A DNA stretch of 64,000 nt. Source: Camelus dromedarius. Lineage: Eukaryota. How positions within the stretch are numbered: position 1 is the first letter of the stretch; each line of letters starts with the position of its first letter. The position numbers and the translations under genes were made by a program. Positions 24,962-37,599 of the stretch are shown here, piece by piece. Where the stretch lies: positions 78,060,001 to 78,124,000 of the forward strand of contig NC_087437.1 of assembly GCF_036321535.1 (NCBI RefSeq). The letters are read 5' to 3'. The notes beneath the pieces were generated by a model. It worked only from the letters and a program-made list of their open reading frames with translations, ran no database searches and was not told the origin of the DNA.

Positions 24962-25441
24962 TTTTTAAATTAAAAAAAATCTTTTATTTTTTAATTGAAG
25001 TATAGTCAGTTTACAATGTGTCAGTTTCTGGGATACAGCATAATGTTTCAGTCATACATAAACATACACATATTCTTTTTCATTATAAGTAACTACAAGG
25101 TGTTGAATATAGTACCCTCTGCTATACAGAAGAAGCTTATTGTTTATCTATTTTCTGTATAGTAGTTAGCATCTGCAGAGTCGAATTCCCAGTTTATCCC
25201 TTCCTATCCCCACAGCCCCCACTCCCCTGGTAACCATAAGTTTGTTTTCTATGTCTGTGTCTCTGTTTCTATTTTGTAAATAAGTTCATTTGTGTCTTTT
25301 TTCTTAGGTTTCACATATAAATGAAATTGTATGGTATTTTTCTTTCTCTTTCTGGCTTACTTCGCTTAGAATGACAACCTCCAGGTCCATCCATGCTGCA
25401 GCAAATGGCATTATCTTACTCTTTTTGATGGCTGAGTAGTA
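24962..25441 (-). mobile_element. 5'-truncated, relatively young L1 3' end
   Basis: ttaattgaagtatagtcagtttacaatg...ccctggtaaccataagtttgttttctatgtctgtg...gcaaatggcattat...atggctgagtagta; perfect 17-bp TSD ttgacaggatgctttct at 24945-24961 and 25442-25458. Confidence 0.92.
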
Positions 25442-26127
25442 TTGACAGGATGCTTTCTGAATTGAATTTTTAAGTTCCTAATTTCTGTTGTTTTTATGAA
25501 GAAGGGTGTGTTGTACATTCACTAAAAATAGCTGATTGGTCTTGACTGGGGATGGTGTAAGTTATTCTGAGTGGTAGAGGTAGGTCAAGACAGTGGTCAA
25601 GACTTCATTCCACAAGTATTTATAAGCATATTTTATGATCAAAGCACTCTCTTTAGCAATTTACTTTCAGAAGGGACGGCAGGGGACTCCAGGGGCAGGA
25701 TTTTGTTGGTGGTGAGGGAACAAATTTGTTTAACTCCCTTCGACATACATTTTTTAAAAGTAAAAATCTTTTGGCATCAGAGAGAACCATCCATCAATCC
25801 AAAGACGTGTACTTTTATAAATTTAGTCAAAATTCTGAATTTTCCATTCAAAACTTGATCTTTGAAAATGTTTGGTGATCCATCCTATGCATATCTATGT
25901 CATGTCACCAAATAGCTGTGTCAGAGGTTAAAGATGAACTCAAAATGTCTGGATGATACTGGCCTGTGCTTTCTCTTAGAGCATAAAATAAAAAAGAAAT
26001 GGTGACTCTAAGTAATAGTTTCCTAAATTTGGAAGAGCATTGTGTGTGTGTTTGCACGTGAGTGTGATTATTCTGTTTCTGATTTTTAAGCATGCTATAA
26101 ATATTAGAACAAACTTTTAATCATTTC

Positions 26128-26688
26128 TGTGGTAGATTGTCTGCAATGATTTCTTCCACAATTCTCCTTACCCTTCTGTGTATGCACCCTTGCAATGTGA
26201 CTTAAACCACTTTTCCAGTCGAAAGATGGATCTCTTTCCCCACCTCTGGAACCTGAGCTCATCTATGACTTGCTTTGACCAGTTGAATGTGGCAGAAGAG
26301 ACATTGTGCAATGTCTGAGCCTGGTTCCAAACAGACCTTGCAGCTTCTACCCTTGCCCTCTTGGAATGTTTCTACTGTCATGTGAAGTCTAGCCTACTGC
26401 AAGCTGAGAGGCCACAGGGAGTAGAGGTGAGCCCTCGTGGTAGATGTGTTCAAGACCAACCAGCCAGCAGCAGCTGTCAGGAATGTGACTGAGGCCTTCT
26501 ATGTCTTCTATGAGGCCAGCTGTGCCACCAGATGACTTCATCCATTTGAGTGACGCAAGAACAGCCCAGGAGAAGAACTGCCCAGGCGAGCCCCTAGTCC
26601 AGTAGAATTACCACTCAAGAAAATGGTTATTGTTTGAAGCCATATTTTTGTGGTGATTTGTGACACAGCAATAGATAACTGAAATACA
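26128..26688 (+). mobile_element. ERVL-MaLR solo LTR (MLT1F/H-like)
   Basis: tgtggtagattg...tgacttgctttgaccagttgaatgtggcagaag...ttgtttgaagcca...tttgtgacacagcaatagataactgaaataca. Confidence 0.85.
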
Positions 26689-27600
26689 TCGCTGTAGTTA
26701 ATTTATCGAATCTCTTTCATATGGTCCCTTGAGCAAAATCTTACTTTACTCTTTAGTTAACGTTACTATCACCCTAGTGCATTATGCAGCAATATGTGTT
26801 GAGTACTTTCTGCAAGTGATGAGATTACACAGCTCTCATTTTCTTGGGCTTTATAAAAGGAAGTAAGCAGAAGAGTTTTTGTCCTTATACACTGACAGCA
26901 ATTCAACACTGTAGATTAATGGCACTTAAGAATCTGTAATTTATGTTTTACTCTGCACACATACATGGACATATTTACCAAAGACAACATTAGAAATTCA
27001 TGAAGAGAAGCAAAAGAATATCAGAGGGGAAATTCTGAAAGATGAGCATGAGCCAGGAGAAAAGAAAGCTTGGTGTGCTAATGCAATTCTGGGTGATAAA
27101 CAGTGTCAAGGGAAAAAAGAACTTGTTCTCAGGAAGACTAAGAGGCCTCAACGTTATTTGAAGTCTCTGTTAATAAGCTTTAAGCACTGCTGTGCATAAT
27201 ATAAATTTTGTTGTGTTCATTGATGTTTGAACCATTGTTTCTAGAGTAAAGTGTCATCAAAATCCCAAACAAGTGTTTTCAACTTGACAAAAAATTTTTT
27301 CTTTTAATATATCTCTCTCAATGTTTATTATAGTCATTGAAGAGCTAGTTATGTATTTTACATCATTTTAAATTCTTTTCTCTTTATTTTCTGGTTCATT
27401 TTCTCCCACCTTCCTTCCTTCCTTTCCTTCTACTCTTTCAATTTATTTGCTCTTTGTTCTAAGAGGTATTTGAAGAGTGATAAGATATTGCAGTTAATCT
27501 GATTGTTAGTAAATAAATGTTTCTTTAGAAAGCAACTCAGCATGTTAAGTTAATTAAGTTAGAACAGAAAATGAGGGCCAGATACAATAATTATCATCAT

Positions 27601-27742
27601 CTTTTTTTTTTTTTTTGAAGAAGGGAGATAATTAGGTTTATTTATCGATTCACTTATTTTTTTAATGGAGGTACTGGGGATTGAACCCAGGACCTCTGCA
27701 TGCTAGGCATGTGCTCTACCACTGAGCTGTACCCTCCTCCCT
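27601..27742 (-). mobile_element. Camelid tRNA-Ala SINE (Vic-1-like)
   Basis: gaggtactggggattgaacccaggacctctgcatgctaggcatgtgctctaccactgagctgtaccctcctccc; poly-T tail; 14-bp TSD caataattatcatc at 27585-27598 and 27743-27756. Confidence 0.92.
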
Positions 27743-28446
27743 CAATAATTATCATCTGATATCAAAATCTAAAACACGGTCAAGATAGTTATTCAGAGGT
27801 TACAGGCCTGAATTAAAGAGAGATTATTTACAAAAGAAGAAATACCAGTGGTGCCGTACTGATTCACCCCGGCTGCTTCTGAAGCCAGCTCTTACCCCTC
27901 TTTCCTTTTTTGCTGATTCAGGCAGTTGTGAACACTTAAGTCAGAGAATTGATTCCAAAGTGGGAAATAAGTGTTGCTTTTAATCATATCAAACATTAAT
28001 ATCTTGCACTGCAAATAATTGCTGCTTTTCTAAATGACCCTTATTGGGACCCTCCAATTTGATACTTTGGCTCCTCTCTATGTGTGGCTAGGCCTCATTG
28101 CCAAGCAACACGACGCAGTAGAAGAACTCAATTCTGAGATTTTAGTGGTGGATTAAAAAGCTCAATCTATAATTTAATATTAAATAACAAGTATGTATAC
28201 ATGATATCTTTAAATTTTATGAAGTAGAATTTATTTCAGACAATCTAGAAAGTTTCCTAATCAAGATAACTTGTTCTCTTTCAAGTTACAAAAGACTTTA
28301 AAGTACATAGCATATGTCATCTTTTAAAAATTTAATATCAGCATTACAAATAAATCCAATATTTTATAATTGTGCACCTTTTAGCTATATCCTATTGGCA
28401 TTTTCATGGAGAGGGACACTCTTGCCAAACATCTGTGAAATGAAGG

Positions 28447-28955
28447 TGTGTGGAAATACAGTTCCCTATGGGTCTCTTGCATTTCTGCATGTCTTGCAAA
28501 CAGAGGCGCTCACAACCTTTTATCCAGGCTCTCTTTTCAAGGATGCTTGCATAACAAATACTGGGAGGTAGAGAATTGTCTCCCTCCAGAGCCAAAAGCA
28601 GATTTTGTTACACTTCTGAAAGGTAGACATAGCTGTCCTTCTGGAGTGAAGAACAAGCACGTTACTGCTTATTATAAAAGGTTCACGTTTTCTCTAGGCT
28701 CGGTGTCTTCCTGGTCATGCAATTCGCCGTGTGTGCAAGTATCACCTGGCTCTCTGCACCATCCTGTGGGAAGTGGGGTTTGGGGAACCTGCATAAGAAA
28801 AAGCTAATCCTCTGGCTTTTGTTATTATTGCTGTGAGTAAATTCCTTTGTCTCTGATTTAGAAGTCTTGTGATTTCTCACAGACTCTGAAACTCGCCAGC
28901 TAGTTTGTTAGCCTAAAAGTAGGGTAAATTCTCAGACCTTTCATTGTTCCTGACA
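28447..28955 (+). mobile_element. Solo ERVL LTR (MER77/MER68 group)
   Basis: TG...CA termini; perfect 5-bp TSD gaagg at 28442-28446 and 28956-28960; gggtctcttgcatttctgcatgtcttgc, ttttcaaggatg, gtaaattcctttgtctctga. Confidence 0.88.
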
Positions 28956-29331
28956 GAAGGCACACTTTCACTGACAGCTAATGTTACAAGTGTACCCAAC
29001 TAAAGGAAGCTTTAGGAAACTTCATTCTTAAAAAGTAAGAAACAAAAAGTACAAAAATATCAACTTACAGTAGCAACATGGAATGTAGTTTCTAGACAAT
29101 GTAAGAATGTAAAATTTGTGCCTTAATTTTAATTGTATGAAATAATTTGTTCTCTTCTAAAGAAGTTTAACCTTGAGCCAGAGAAATTCTTCTGGGTAGG
29201 CACACCTTCCCAGAATCTTTAGTATCATTCCATTTAGGTATTTTTCTGCTTTGTCCAAATGTATATCTCTGATTATGCCTCACTTAAAGAAAATCAAGTA
29301 ACTAACATCTGATCTTAATGTTAATATATAC

Positions 29332-30147
29332 TGTGATATTGTGATTTAAAATAAATATATGTTTGGTTTTCATTCCAGTTTCTGACACAGAGCTCCTAAA
29401 GCCTTTGGAATTTCCTAAGGTATGAGAGCAACAAAGATATCTTATGTTAATGAGGTGACTTTTGGAATGCTCACCTAAAAATAAAGAACAAACAACCTCC
29501 TCCCCCCCCAAAACAGGTGCTGGTTGCCAGGGGAACCAATCCAGTGATTGGAGGGTTGGAGCTTTCTACCCCCAACCACCAAAGCGGCTGGACATTGAGT
29601 TCAGTCCCCAATGGCCAATGATTTAATCAATCATGCCTGTGTAATGAAGCCTTCATAAAAATCCAAAAGGATGGGGTTGGGAGAACGTCCTAGGAAGTAG
29701 GTGAACACATGGAGATTGGTGGAGAGGGGCTCCTAGAGGGCACAGAAACGCCACATCCTTTCCCCTTTTCTATGTGTCTCTTCATCTAGCCGTTGATTCA
29801 TATCCTTTAATATCCTTTGCATTAAATTGGTAATCTAGTAAATATCATTCCTGAGACCTGTGAACTGGTCTAACAAACGAATCCAACCCAAGGAGAGGGT
29901 TTAGGAACTTCAGATTTATAACTAGTCAGGCAGAGGCACAGGTAACAGCCTGGACTTGCAACTGGCATCTGAAGTGGAGGGGGCGGTCTTGTGGGACTGA
30001 GCGCTGACCTGTGGAACCTGATGCCATCTCCAAGCAGACAGCAGCAGGATTCAGTTGAATTGTAGGAGAATTGTTTGGTGGCATGGGGAAACTCCCTCTC
30101 CCCCGTCACCTCCCATGGTGAAATTGGGTGCAGGACCCTTCTTAACA
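29332..30147 (+). mobile_element. Solo LTR, MER21-like
   Basis: tgtgatattgtgattt..cagtttctgacacagagctcctaaagcctttggaatttcct; ccaatggccaatgatttaatcaatcatgcctgtgtaatgaagcc; ggacttgcaactggcatctgaagtgg..ggtcttgtgggactgagc. Confidence 0.85.
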
Positions 30148-30148
30148 C

Positions 30149-30328
30149 CACTGGTTCTCATTTTTAAATATGCATCAAAATTACCTGGAGGATGTTAAAG
30201 TACAGGTTGCTGAAGTCTTTTCCTAGAGTTTCCATTCCAGTAGGTCAGAGACAGTCCCGAGTTTGTATTTTGACAAGTTCCCAGGTAATACTGATGTTTT
30301 TGATCTGGGGAACAAACTGAGTCACTGA
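30149..30328. mobile_element. hAT-Charlie MITE (MER5A-like)
   Basis: cactggttctca..tgcatcaaaattacctggagg..ttttgacaagttcccaggtaatactgatg..gagtcactg. Confidence 0.75.
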
Positions 30329-30344
30329 CATAGAATGACATTTG

Positions 30345-30600
30345 GAAATGGTACAGCATATTTAATGAGCTATTATTTAGAATTGTACTGACCTGGGTTG
30401 GATCCCAGCTCCACCATTTACTAGCTGTAGAACCTTGGAAAACATAGTTTCTCCGAAACTCGGTTTCCTCATCTGCAAGATGGGACTGCTACTACTAATA
30501 CCTATCTCAAAGGGAGGTTCTAAGTATTAAATAAGCTATTTGAAGTGTTTTGCACAGTGCATGGCATTTAGTGGGTTTTCAACAAATGATAATTTCATTG
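30345..30600 (+). mobile_element. MIR SINE
   Basis: gacctgggttggatcccagctccaccatttactagctgtagaaccttgg...ctcggtttcctcatctgcaagatggg...cacagtgcatggcatttagt. Confidence 0.85.
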
Positions 30601-31304
30601 TATTACTATATTCTAAAGTAACTTTTTTTTTCAATAAAGATTTATAAAAGAACTCTTTAAATGTTAAATCCTCATTCATTAAAATCATAGTTAGGATGGT
30701 AATATCTTATATCTGTTGTATAAAAAAGATACAAATCTGTTTTACTATAGAACTGGTTAAAAGTATTTTCATTAAATCAGCATGTGATCTGCGAAGCATG
30801 TCATTCACTAGGACACGTTTTCCCAGACGTCATTAAAATGTCTCATATGTTTGTATACCACACCTTTTTTGGTTAGTGAGGCTTGCGTACATTCCAGTGA
30901 ATGGCATTGTGGGCATACTTTTCTTGTTGTGGTTGTTTTCATGTAAAACTGGACACTACCTCATGATATCTATTGTAGGAGATTGCTTTGATTTTTCAAA
31001 AATTGCCATAAAGTCTGAGAAAGTCTATAAGGAGTTATAAGAAAATCATCAACTTCTTATCTGATGGTATTTTGTGAGGATTTTTTTTTCCTCTACTAAA
31101 AGCAAAGAAATACTCTTTTTTAGGGTGTCTAGAAAAAGGTAATCCCTAAGAAACACCATGTTCCTTTTTATAGAGAGGCTTCTTTAACATTTTTTTGAAT
31201 ATTTGTATATATGAATGTGTGCATGGATACATGTGCATAATTCTCCAGTCACAATTAATAATAATGCACAGAGGTTTTTTAAAAGTCTACTTAATCCTTG
31301 TAAG

Positions 31305-31465
31305 CCAAAGTATGGGCTAAAGATAGAAAGCATTAGCATCACTGGGGAAATTATTAGAAATTCAGAATCTTAGACCCCACTCCAGACATACTGAATTAAA
31401 ATTTGAATTTTAACAAGATCCCTAGGTGATTCTTATGCACTTTAAAATTTGTAAACCACTGATTT
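31305..31465. mobile_element. hAT-Charlie MITE (MER5B-like)
   Basis: agcattagcatcactggggaaattattagaaattcagaatcttagaccccactccagacatactgaat...ttttaacaagatccctaggtgattcttatgcac. Confidence 0.8.
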
Positions 31466-32779
31466 AATAATGTCTCTGATGGTGTGACTTAATTCCTTTT
31501 ATTCAACTTATATGCAGTTCTTTCTATTAGAGCAATGCATGGTTTGTGATGCAATAATAGAAAGAAATAAGGAGAACACACTGTTTTTTTTTTTCCATTA
31601 GGGAATTAGTGTTACCTATCTATATTAAAATTATATAACATTGGGTAAATGTCACCAATTATCCTCAAGCTCACCCAGAAGTAGACATAAAATAGTTAAA
31701 AAGCAAATTCTTAACCTCTTGTACTGCACGGTGGGTTAAGCAGAAGGCTAAATGTTAGTCACTGTAACTCCTAATGCCTGTTTTTCAACCCAATGGGAGA
31801 ACTTGCTGTTTTTCTCAACAAAAAAAGTGAAGAGTTTAGAGCCTGGTGAGAACAAATCTGTGAAAGGAGGCAGTGGCCAGAAAACAGCATGCACTCAATT
31901 GCAATGATGGAGCCCTGTGCCCACAGAGAGAGGCCATCCTCAAGGTCATTGATAACAGGTGAAGGCCTTTATCAGGGAGCCTTCCAAGATGGCAGACTTC
32001 ATGCTACTGACAAGAACAAGGATCAAGAATTTCCTGCGACAGGTAATGAGAGTCTTGACACAAGCTTTAAATCGTTCCAGGGAGAATTACATGGGACATT
32101 TCCAAGAGAGAGATCAGATTATGGGTGACTAAGAAAGTCAGGCTGGTTTAGGCATGGGAAGTTCTCCAAGTCTTCCAGGAGATTTTCGCTAGTTCCTAGC
32201 CAGGAGGAATTAGAAATTAGTGATAATAGTAACAGAAACTTTATGACTTAGAGTTTGGTTATAATTATTAAAACTGCATCCACAATGAGCTTTCAGTTCT
32301 TTTCCATAAAGTTTACAGATTAATTTTTCTCTTTGGTATTGCCGGTAACAGCCGTAAGAGCTCGTGAGTCACACTGACAGCTGTAGTACCCAGAATGGTC
32401 ACTATCAGGAATGTAATACCCTGTTTACAAAATTCGTTTATGGATAAGGAAGGTGCATTTTGCAGTGAATTTAGAAACAGTTCTGGTACAAAGTAATTCC
32501 TTTAAATTCCCCCCAGTTCATTTACCAACTTCACAAACTTTCCTTACATTCTCAGCTGTGGCTTAGCAGGAAGTCAGCAAGCTTAGTCTATTTTTCACTT
32601 TTTCTTTCCTTTCTGTTTTTGATTTCTTGTTGGTAATGACATTTCTGTATTTTTAAAACATACAGTCAAATGTATGTCCTAGTCTATCTCCCTTATTCAT
32701 CTTTTTGTTGAAGTTCTACAGTTAAGTATAATCAGCGCTCATTCTTGGACCTTAGGCTGAAGCTCCTTTGAGTCCCATC

Positions 32780-34930
32780 CAGGAACATCATATATCTGTG
32801 TGTTTATGTAGGATTCTCTTGTTATGTCTTTCCACATTTCAAACAGATTGACACCATTTTAGAAATATTTATTCTTATAGCTTAAATATTATTCTTTACT
32901 CTTAAATTTAATTTTCATCTGTGACATTTTTCTGGCTTAATTTTTTTCATTTGCTTCCACACTAACCTAAGTGTCCTAATTTTTTTCAGTTAATTTTCCT
33001 GTATTTCCCATGCATATTTTCTTTTTATGTTCAAATAACCCACATTGTATTTACACATCCTATTTTATTTTACTGTTTTTAATTACATAGGCTAGCATTC
33101 ACAGAAATATTTTAGTAATATTGTTGATTCTCCCATTTTTAAAAAAAATCTTAGAAATTTTGGAGAAATTATGTTTTATTTTAAATAGTTTTCTCCTTAC
33201 ATTTTCACCTATTAAACTTAATGGAAATGTCTGATGAATTTATTTGATAAATTTGGGGTATGTATGGAAAATGAAGTATTTGAATCCATTGACCTATGTA
33301 TGTGCTGATTTGTTAACAGAGTAATAATATAATACTCTTGAATTCCTGGAATAAATCCTCTGTGGCCATGACATTTCCATGACTTCAGTGAGTTTAATTC
33401 ACTCTTACTCATAGGTGCAAGGTGTTCAATATGCCACTCTAATCAACTCTATCTGCTCCCTGAAGCCCAGTACTTGGTGCTGAAATAGAACCTGAGGTTG
33501 GTTGCTAATGCCCAACTATTTGATTCTCTGCAGAGTGATAGCCATGTCATCTTTATGGAGAGGGATTCTCTGTTTTAAGTTTATACGCAGGCTTCTTTCC
33601 TGCCGTCAGGGCTCCTTTCTTTATTAGTTAAGTGAGCAAGTACTGGTGTGGCTAGGGGAAAGAGTTGGCTTATGCACCTTGCTGATTTGGTTATTAAGAG
33701 CATCACTCATGGCTAGTGGCCTCTCAGTGATCACTCATCTGGGACCCAGAAGCCACCTTATTCATGAGTATTGGATAATGATATTCTAGAAGGCTTGGGA
33801 TAAGAAAGGAACAAGACTGAAAGATGGGTGAGAAGGAGGTTTGGAGAAGATATACATGGCTAAACTTTTCAGAATAGCCAAGGATGTAAAATAATAGTTT
33901 TTAAATACCTTTTTCTTCCTAGACTAATGAGTTTTAAAAGCATAATCAATTTACATTCAAATTGCCCCCTTTTAGTATGTGGATGTATGTAAAGTTTATA
34001 TACAGCTTCCTTATTTGTTCCAAATAGTTCTTTGTCTATATCCTGTAGGATTTTTATGTAAAACTCTCATTAATCTTCATTTATATATAATCTGTCATTT
34101 CCATTTTAATTACTTTTTTTTCCCCGGAGTTATCTGATTGGAAAGTTGATGTTTTAACTAAATGTTACTTGTAAATAGAATTCTAATGTTACCTACATTA
34201 TGTTCAAACAATGTGGCATAATTATTTTCTGCTTTGTGGAATTTATTGAGATTTTTGCTATTCCACAGGACTGTAAAAACTATGTGTGAGTGCATATACA
34301 TTTAATTGTGTTACCCAAATTGTCTTTAGTATTAGTGATTTTTATCCCCTTTGTTTCATTGAATTCAGAATTTTCAGAGACGTGTATTAAAATCTCAAGT
34401 TGTATGTCAATTTTTAATTTGTTTTACCAGCTTTGCATATATTATTGTAGGTTATATTGTTTGATGTATATTGGGTCATGACAGTTTTTATTTTTAATTT
34501 TGCTTCACCTTCTATCCTATTTAAGGTTTTCTGTCTTAATTCTACTTCGTCTGATATTAGTAGTGTGGCAATCAATTTCTATCAGCTGGCATTGATCGTT
34601 AAATCTTTTGTACTTCTTTATTTTAAACCTTTCCGTGTCATGTTTATCCCCTGTAAACAGTATACTGTAAAATTTTTTAAAAAAGCAAAGCACTTTAATT
34701 TGAGAGTCTTTTAATATAAAATATGTTTCATTCATACTTTTGTTATTATGAATGTATTTGTATTTATGCTTGCTGTATTTTAATGATTTTCTATTTTACA
34801 TTTTTTATTATTTCTCTTTTTTTCCTTCTTTTCTCTCTTTGAGCAATTTTTCTTTTTTTCCATTTTTCACGTTGAGTTTTAAAAGTTTAAAATTTTCTGG
34901 TGATTGTCCTAAGATATTATATATTTATAT
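32780..34930 (-). mobile_element. Highly degraded old L1 fragments (L1ME/HAL1-like), interrupted at about 33420-33900
   Basis: T-rich + strand with antisense L1 ORF2 motifs: cttgaattcctggaataaatcctctgtggccatg, gtggaatttattgagatt, ttctacttcgtctgatattag. Confidence 0.55.
33806..33900 (+). pseudogene. ERVL pol (RNase H region) fossil
   Basis: Translates KEQD*KMGEKEVWRRYTWLNFSE*-(frameshift)-KDVKIIV, resembling the ERV-L pol motif KEQDWKIGDKEVWGRGMWIDLSEWAKDVKIFV (from memory); stops at two Trp positions. Confidence 0.7.
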
Positions 34931-35389
34931 GTAGTGAAAAGCTACATATTGAAAAGGATTTCAATTAGGTTTAAATGTTACTGAGTATCTGTCATGAACC
35001 AGTCACTGTGTTCAATGTTCTCATAAAGCTCTGTGCTTCCAACACCACTGGTGAAAATCTGAGGTAATTTTAGGGACTATTCTGATATTTACTATTTTAA
35101 TAATTTAAATTTTAATATTTATTGGAAGTAGAGCTAGAACATAAAAATCATAATTTTATGTAGACTTTTGTTTATGATGAGGCTCAGCAAATAGAAATGA
35201 GTCGATCTAAAATTGATTAAAACTATTGAGTAACCGGTAAAGGAGTTATGGCTATACAAAAAAGTCTTGACGGTAAATGCAGATGTTCACATTATATCTT
35301 TGAAGTTACTTTTTTTTTTTTTTTATTTTGGAGATGAGAAAATTTGTGCTCAGTGGTTTCTCTGTGCCAGTCTCTGATCAAAGGTTTTG

Positions 35390-35580
35390 TAAATTATCAG
35401 TAAGCAAAAAAGAAAAAAATCTTTGCCCTCCTGGAGTCTATGTCTTAGTGGGGTAAGACAGATAACAGGCACAGAACATTATGAATAAGTAAATTATTTA
35501 GTAATATAGTTTATTAGAAGATGACAAATGCTGTGGAAAAGAGAAATAGAGTAGTTGCTAAAGGGGACTGAGAGTAGCAG
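35390..35580 (-). mobile_element. L2 3' fragment
   Basis: ttgccctcctggagtctatgtcttagtggggtaagacagataac...gatgacaaatgctgtggaaaa. Confidence 0.6.
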
Positions 35581-36514
35581 GTCTGCTGCAGCTGGTGGTG
35601 AATTTTCGGGGGCAGTTGTGGATTTTCTTCACTATTTTATTTTAAAGGATTTTAAAACTTTGGCAATAGTTGTATGGAAAGTACATATACCCCTTACCCA
35701 GACCTAGAGTCACCAGTTGTGAAATCTTAATGTCTAGTGTTCTGTGTCTCTCACATACTCTCTCCACATACACACACACACACACACATTTTAAAACCAT
35801 TAGAGGCAATATACCCTTAGATATTTAGCAAATTTAATTCATGCCAATCCACTGAGTGTCCAAGGAGTACTCCCAGATTGGCTGCTCCAGTGTTCCTTAT
35901 GTGAGCTAAAAAATATAAGTAGTAGCTGGTGATCCTGGAGTAAATTGGGGCCCAGCAATTTATATTTTATTAAATTTCCTCCAAGTGATTCAGATGCATG
36001 GGTATGTTGAGGAACCAGTGGCTCAATTTAGGGTCAAAGAGCTTGCAAGGAAATGAAAAAAGCAGCAACAGACACAGGCCACCTGAGGCAATAGTTTCCT
36101 GAAAGGCAAAGCTTGCCAAAGGGAGGAAATCCTTTTCTTATTTTCTGCTATAGTGAAAACTGAAACTGAAGATTCCGGCCTGCCGAGGTCCCAGGGGTTT
36201 TCAAAAAATGTTTAAGATTCTTGTTATTACGACTGGTTTAATTTCTTTTGTGTAACCTTTAGGTATAACTCACTTGAAAAATAGGAAGTATTGCATTAGT
36301 ATTTGTTAATTGAAGGCTTAAATTATAGAAAGAGTTCATTTTTTATGCTTTTATTTTTTTACCTAGGATATTGTATCTGAAAGTTCTTTTTATTTTTCTT
36401 CTATATATTCTTCAAGTAGAAGAAAGTGCAAAGATATTTAAGTTTCTTGCATATATCAATAACATCAAAAGCTGATGCATCATTTTTTTTTTTTTATTTT
36501 AATGGGATATGTGG

Positions 36515-36926
36515 TGACAAAGACTCTTTCCTTGACCTTACTCTAGTCAAATTCCTCTGAGCCCTCTTTCTGACTGGGCCCCGATCTTTCTCTCTGTTCC
36601 TGGCCCACTTTAGTTTTTTGAAGAATCCTGATGAGTCAGTTTAGGGAAGATCCTCTACCCTTGGTGTATAATTGCCCTGGCCTGACTTCAGCAAGACTCC
36701 TATTATGTATGTCGTTAAGCAAAAAATTACCCTTACCTCTTTAGTAAATTTTTCATCCACTGACCCCCTTACCTGACTTCGTGACTACAAATCCCTGCTT
36801 TTCCTTATGGTATTTGGGGAGCTCAATATCTCTCCCCTATGGTAAAACCCCACTGTAGCAGTGCCCCTGACTAAAGTCTGCCTCACTGTCTTTTAACAAA
36901 TGTCATGAATAATTTTTCCTTTAACA
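36515..36926 (+). mobile_element. Solo ERV1 LTR (MER31-like)
   Basis: tgacaaagactctttccttgaccttactctagtcaaattcctctgagccctc...taaagtctgcctcactgtcttttaacaaatgtcatgaataatttttcctttaaca. Confidence 0.8.
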
Positions 36927-37149
36927 GTTAGTGGCCAAAAAAAAAAAAAAAAAAAAAGGAAACTATGTTCTTCCTAACTTGTAGACTGATAATCCACATT
37001 AGCATTTTGAAAACCCTGAGGAATCCTGAAATTAATATTTAATCTAAATTTTCCAAAATTTATTTGATTATTAAATCCTTTTGAAATGAAATGAACATAT
37101 TTAACTTTTAATTATTTTCAATGTGGAGCAGAAAAATAGTTTAGAGCTG

Positions 37150-37310
37150 TGCTGACAATTTAAGTATAGTCCTGGGATCAGAAGCAACATCATCTGAGCA
37201 TTTGTTTGTAATGCAGGATCTCAGGCTCCACCTCAGACCTTCAGAACCAGAATCTTCAGAACACGATTTCCTGGTAATTTATATACACACTGAATTTTAA
37301 AAACATTCAT
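37150..37310. mobile_element. MER5B-like MITE fragment
   Basis: agcaacatcatctgagcatttgtttgtaatgcaggatctcaggctccacctcagaccttcagaaccagaatct. Confidence 0.7.
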
Positions 37311-37599
37311 ATATATTATGTAAAAGATATTACAATATTCATTGTATTGAATCTGCAGTGTATAAAAATTCTCTTTTATTGTTAGTTAAATAAATCTTTA
37401 TTCCTTGATTAAATACTAATGGATTAAAAGAAATGTGTCCCATAGATGTTATGAGTGGCATGGAAAAAATCCCATAGGTTTATAAGTCTCCCACAGACTG
37501 ATGTTCAATGTAGATTTAAGAAAAAAAAGATAAACTCAGTCGGACACAGCTGTACTAAATGTTTTGTATGACATTGCTGTTTTGTTTTCAAATTTAATT

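Noticed and set aside
31889..32128. 79-aa ORF with protein-like composition and a donor at about 32042
   Set aside because: No recognisable homology and no clear acceptor or promoter.
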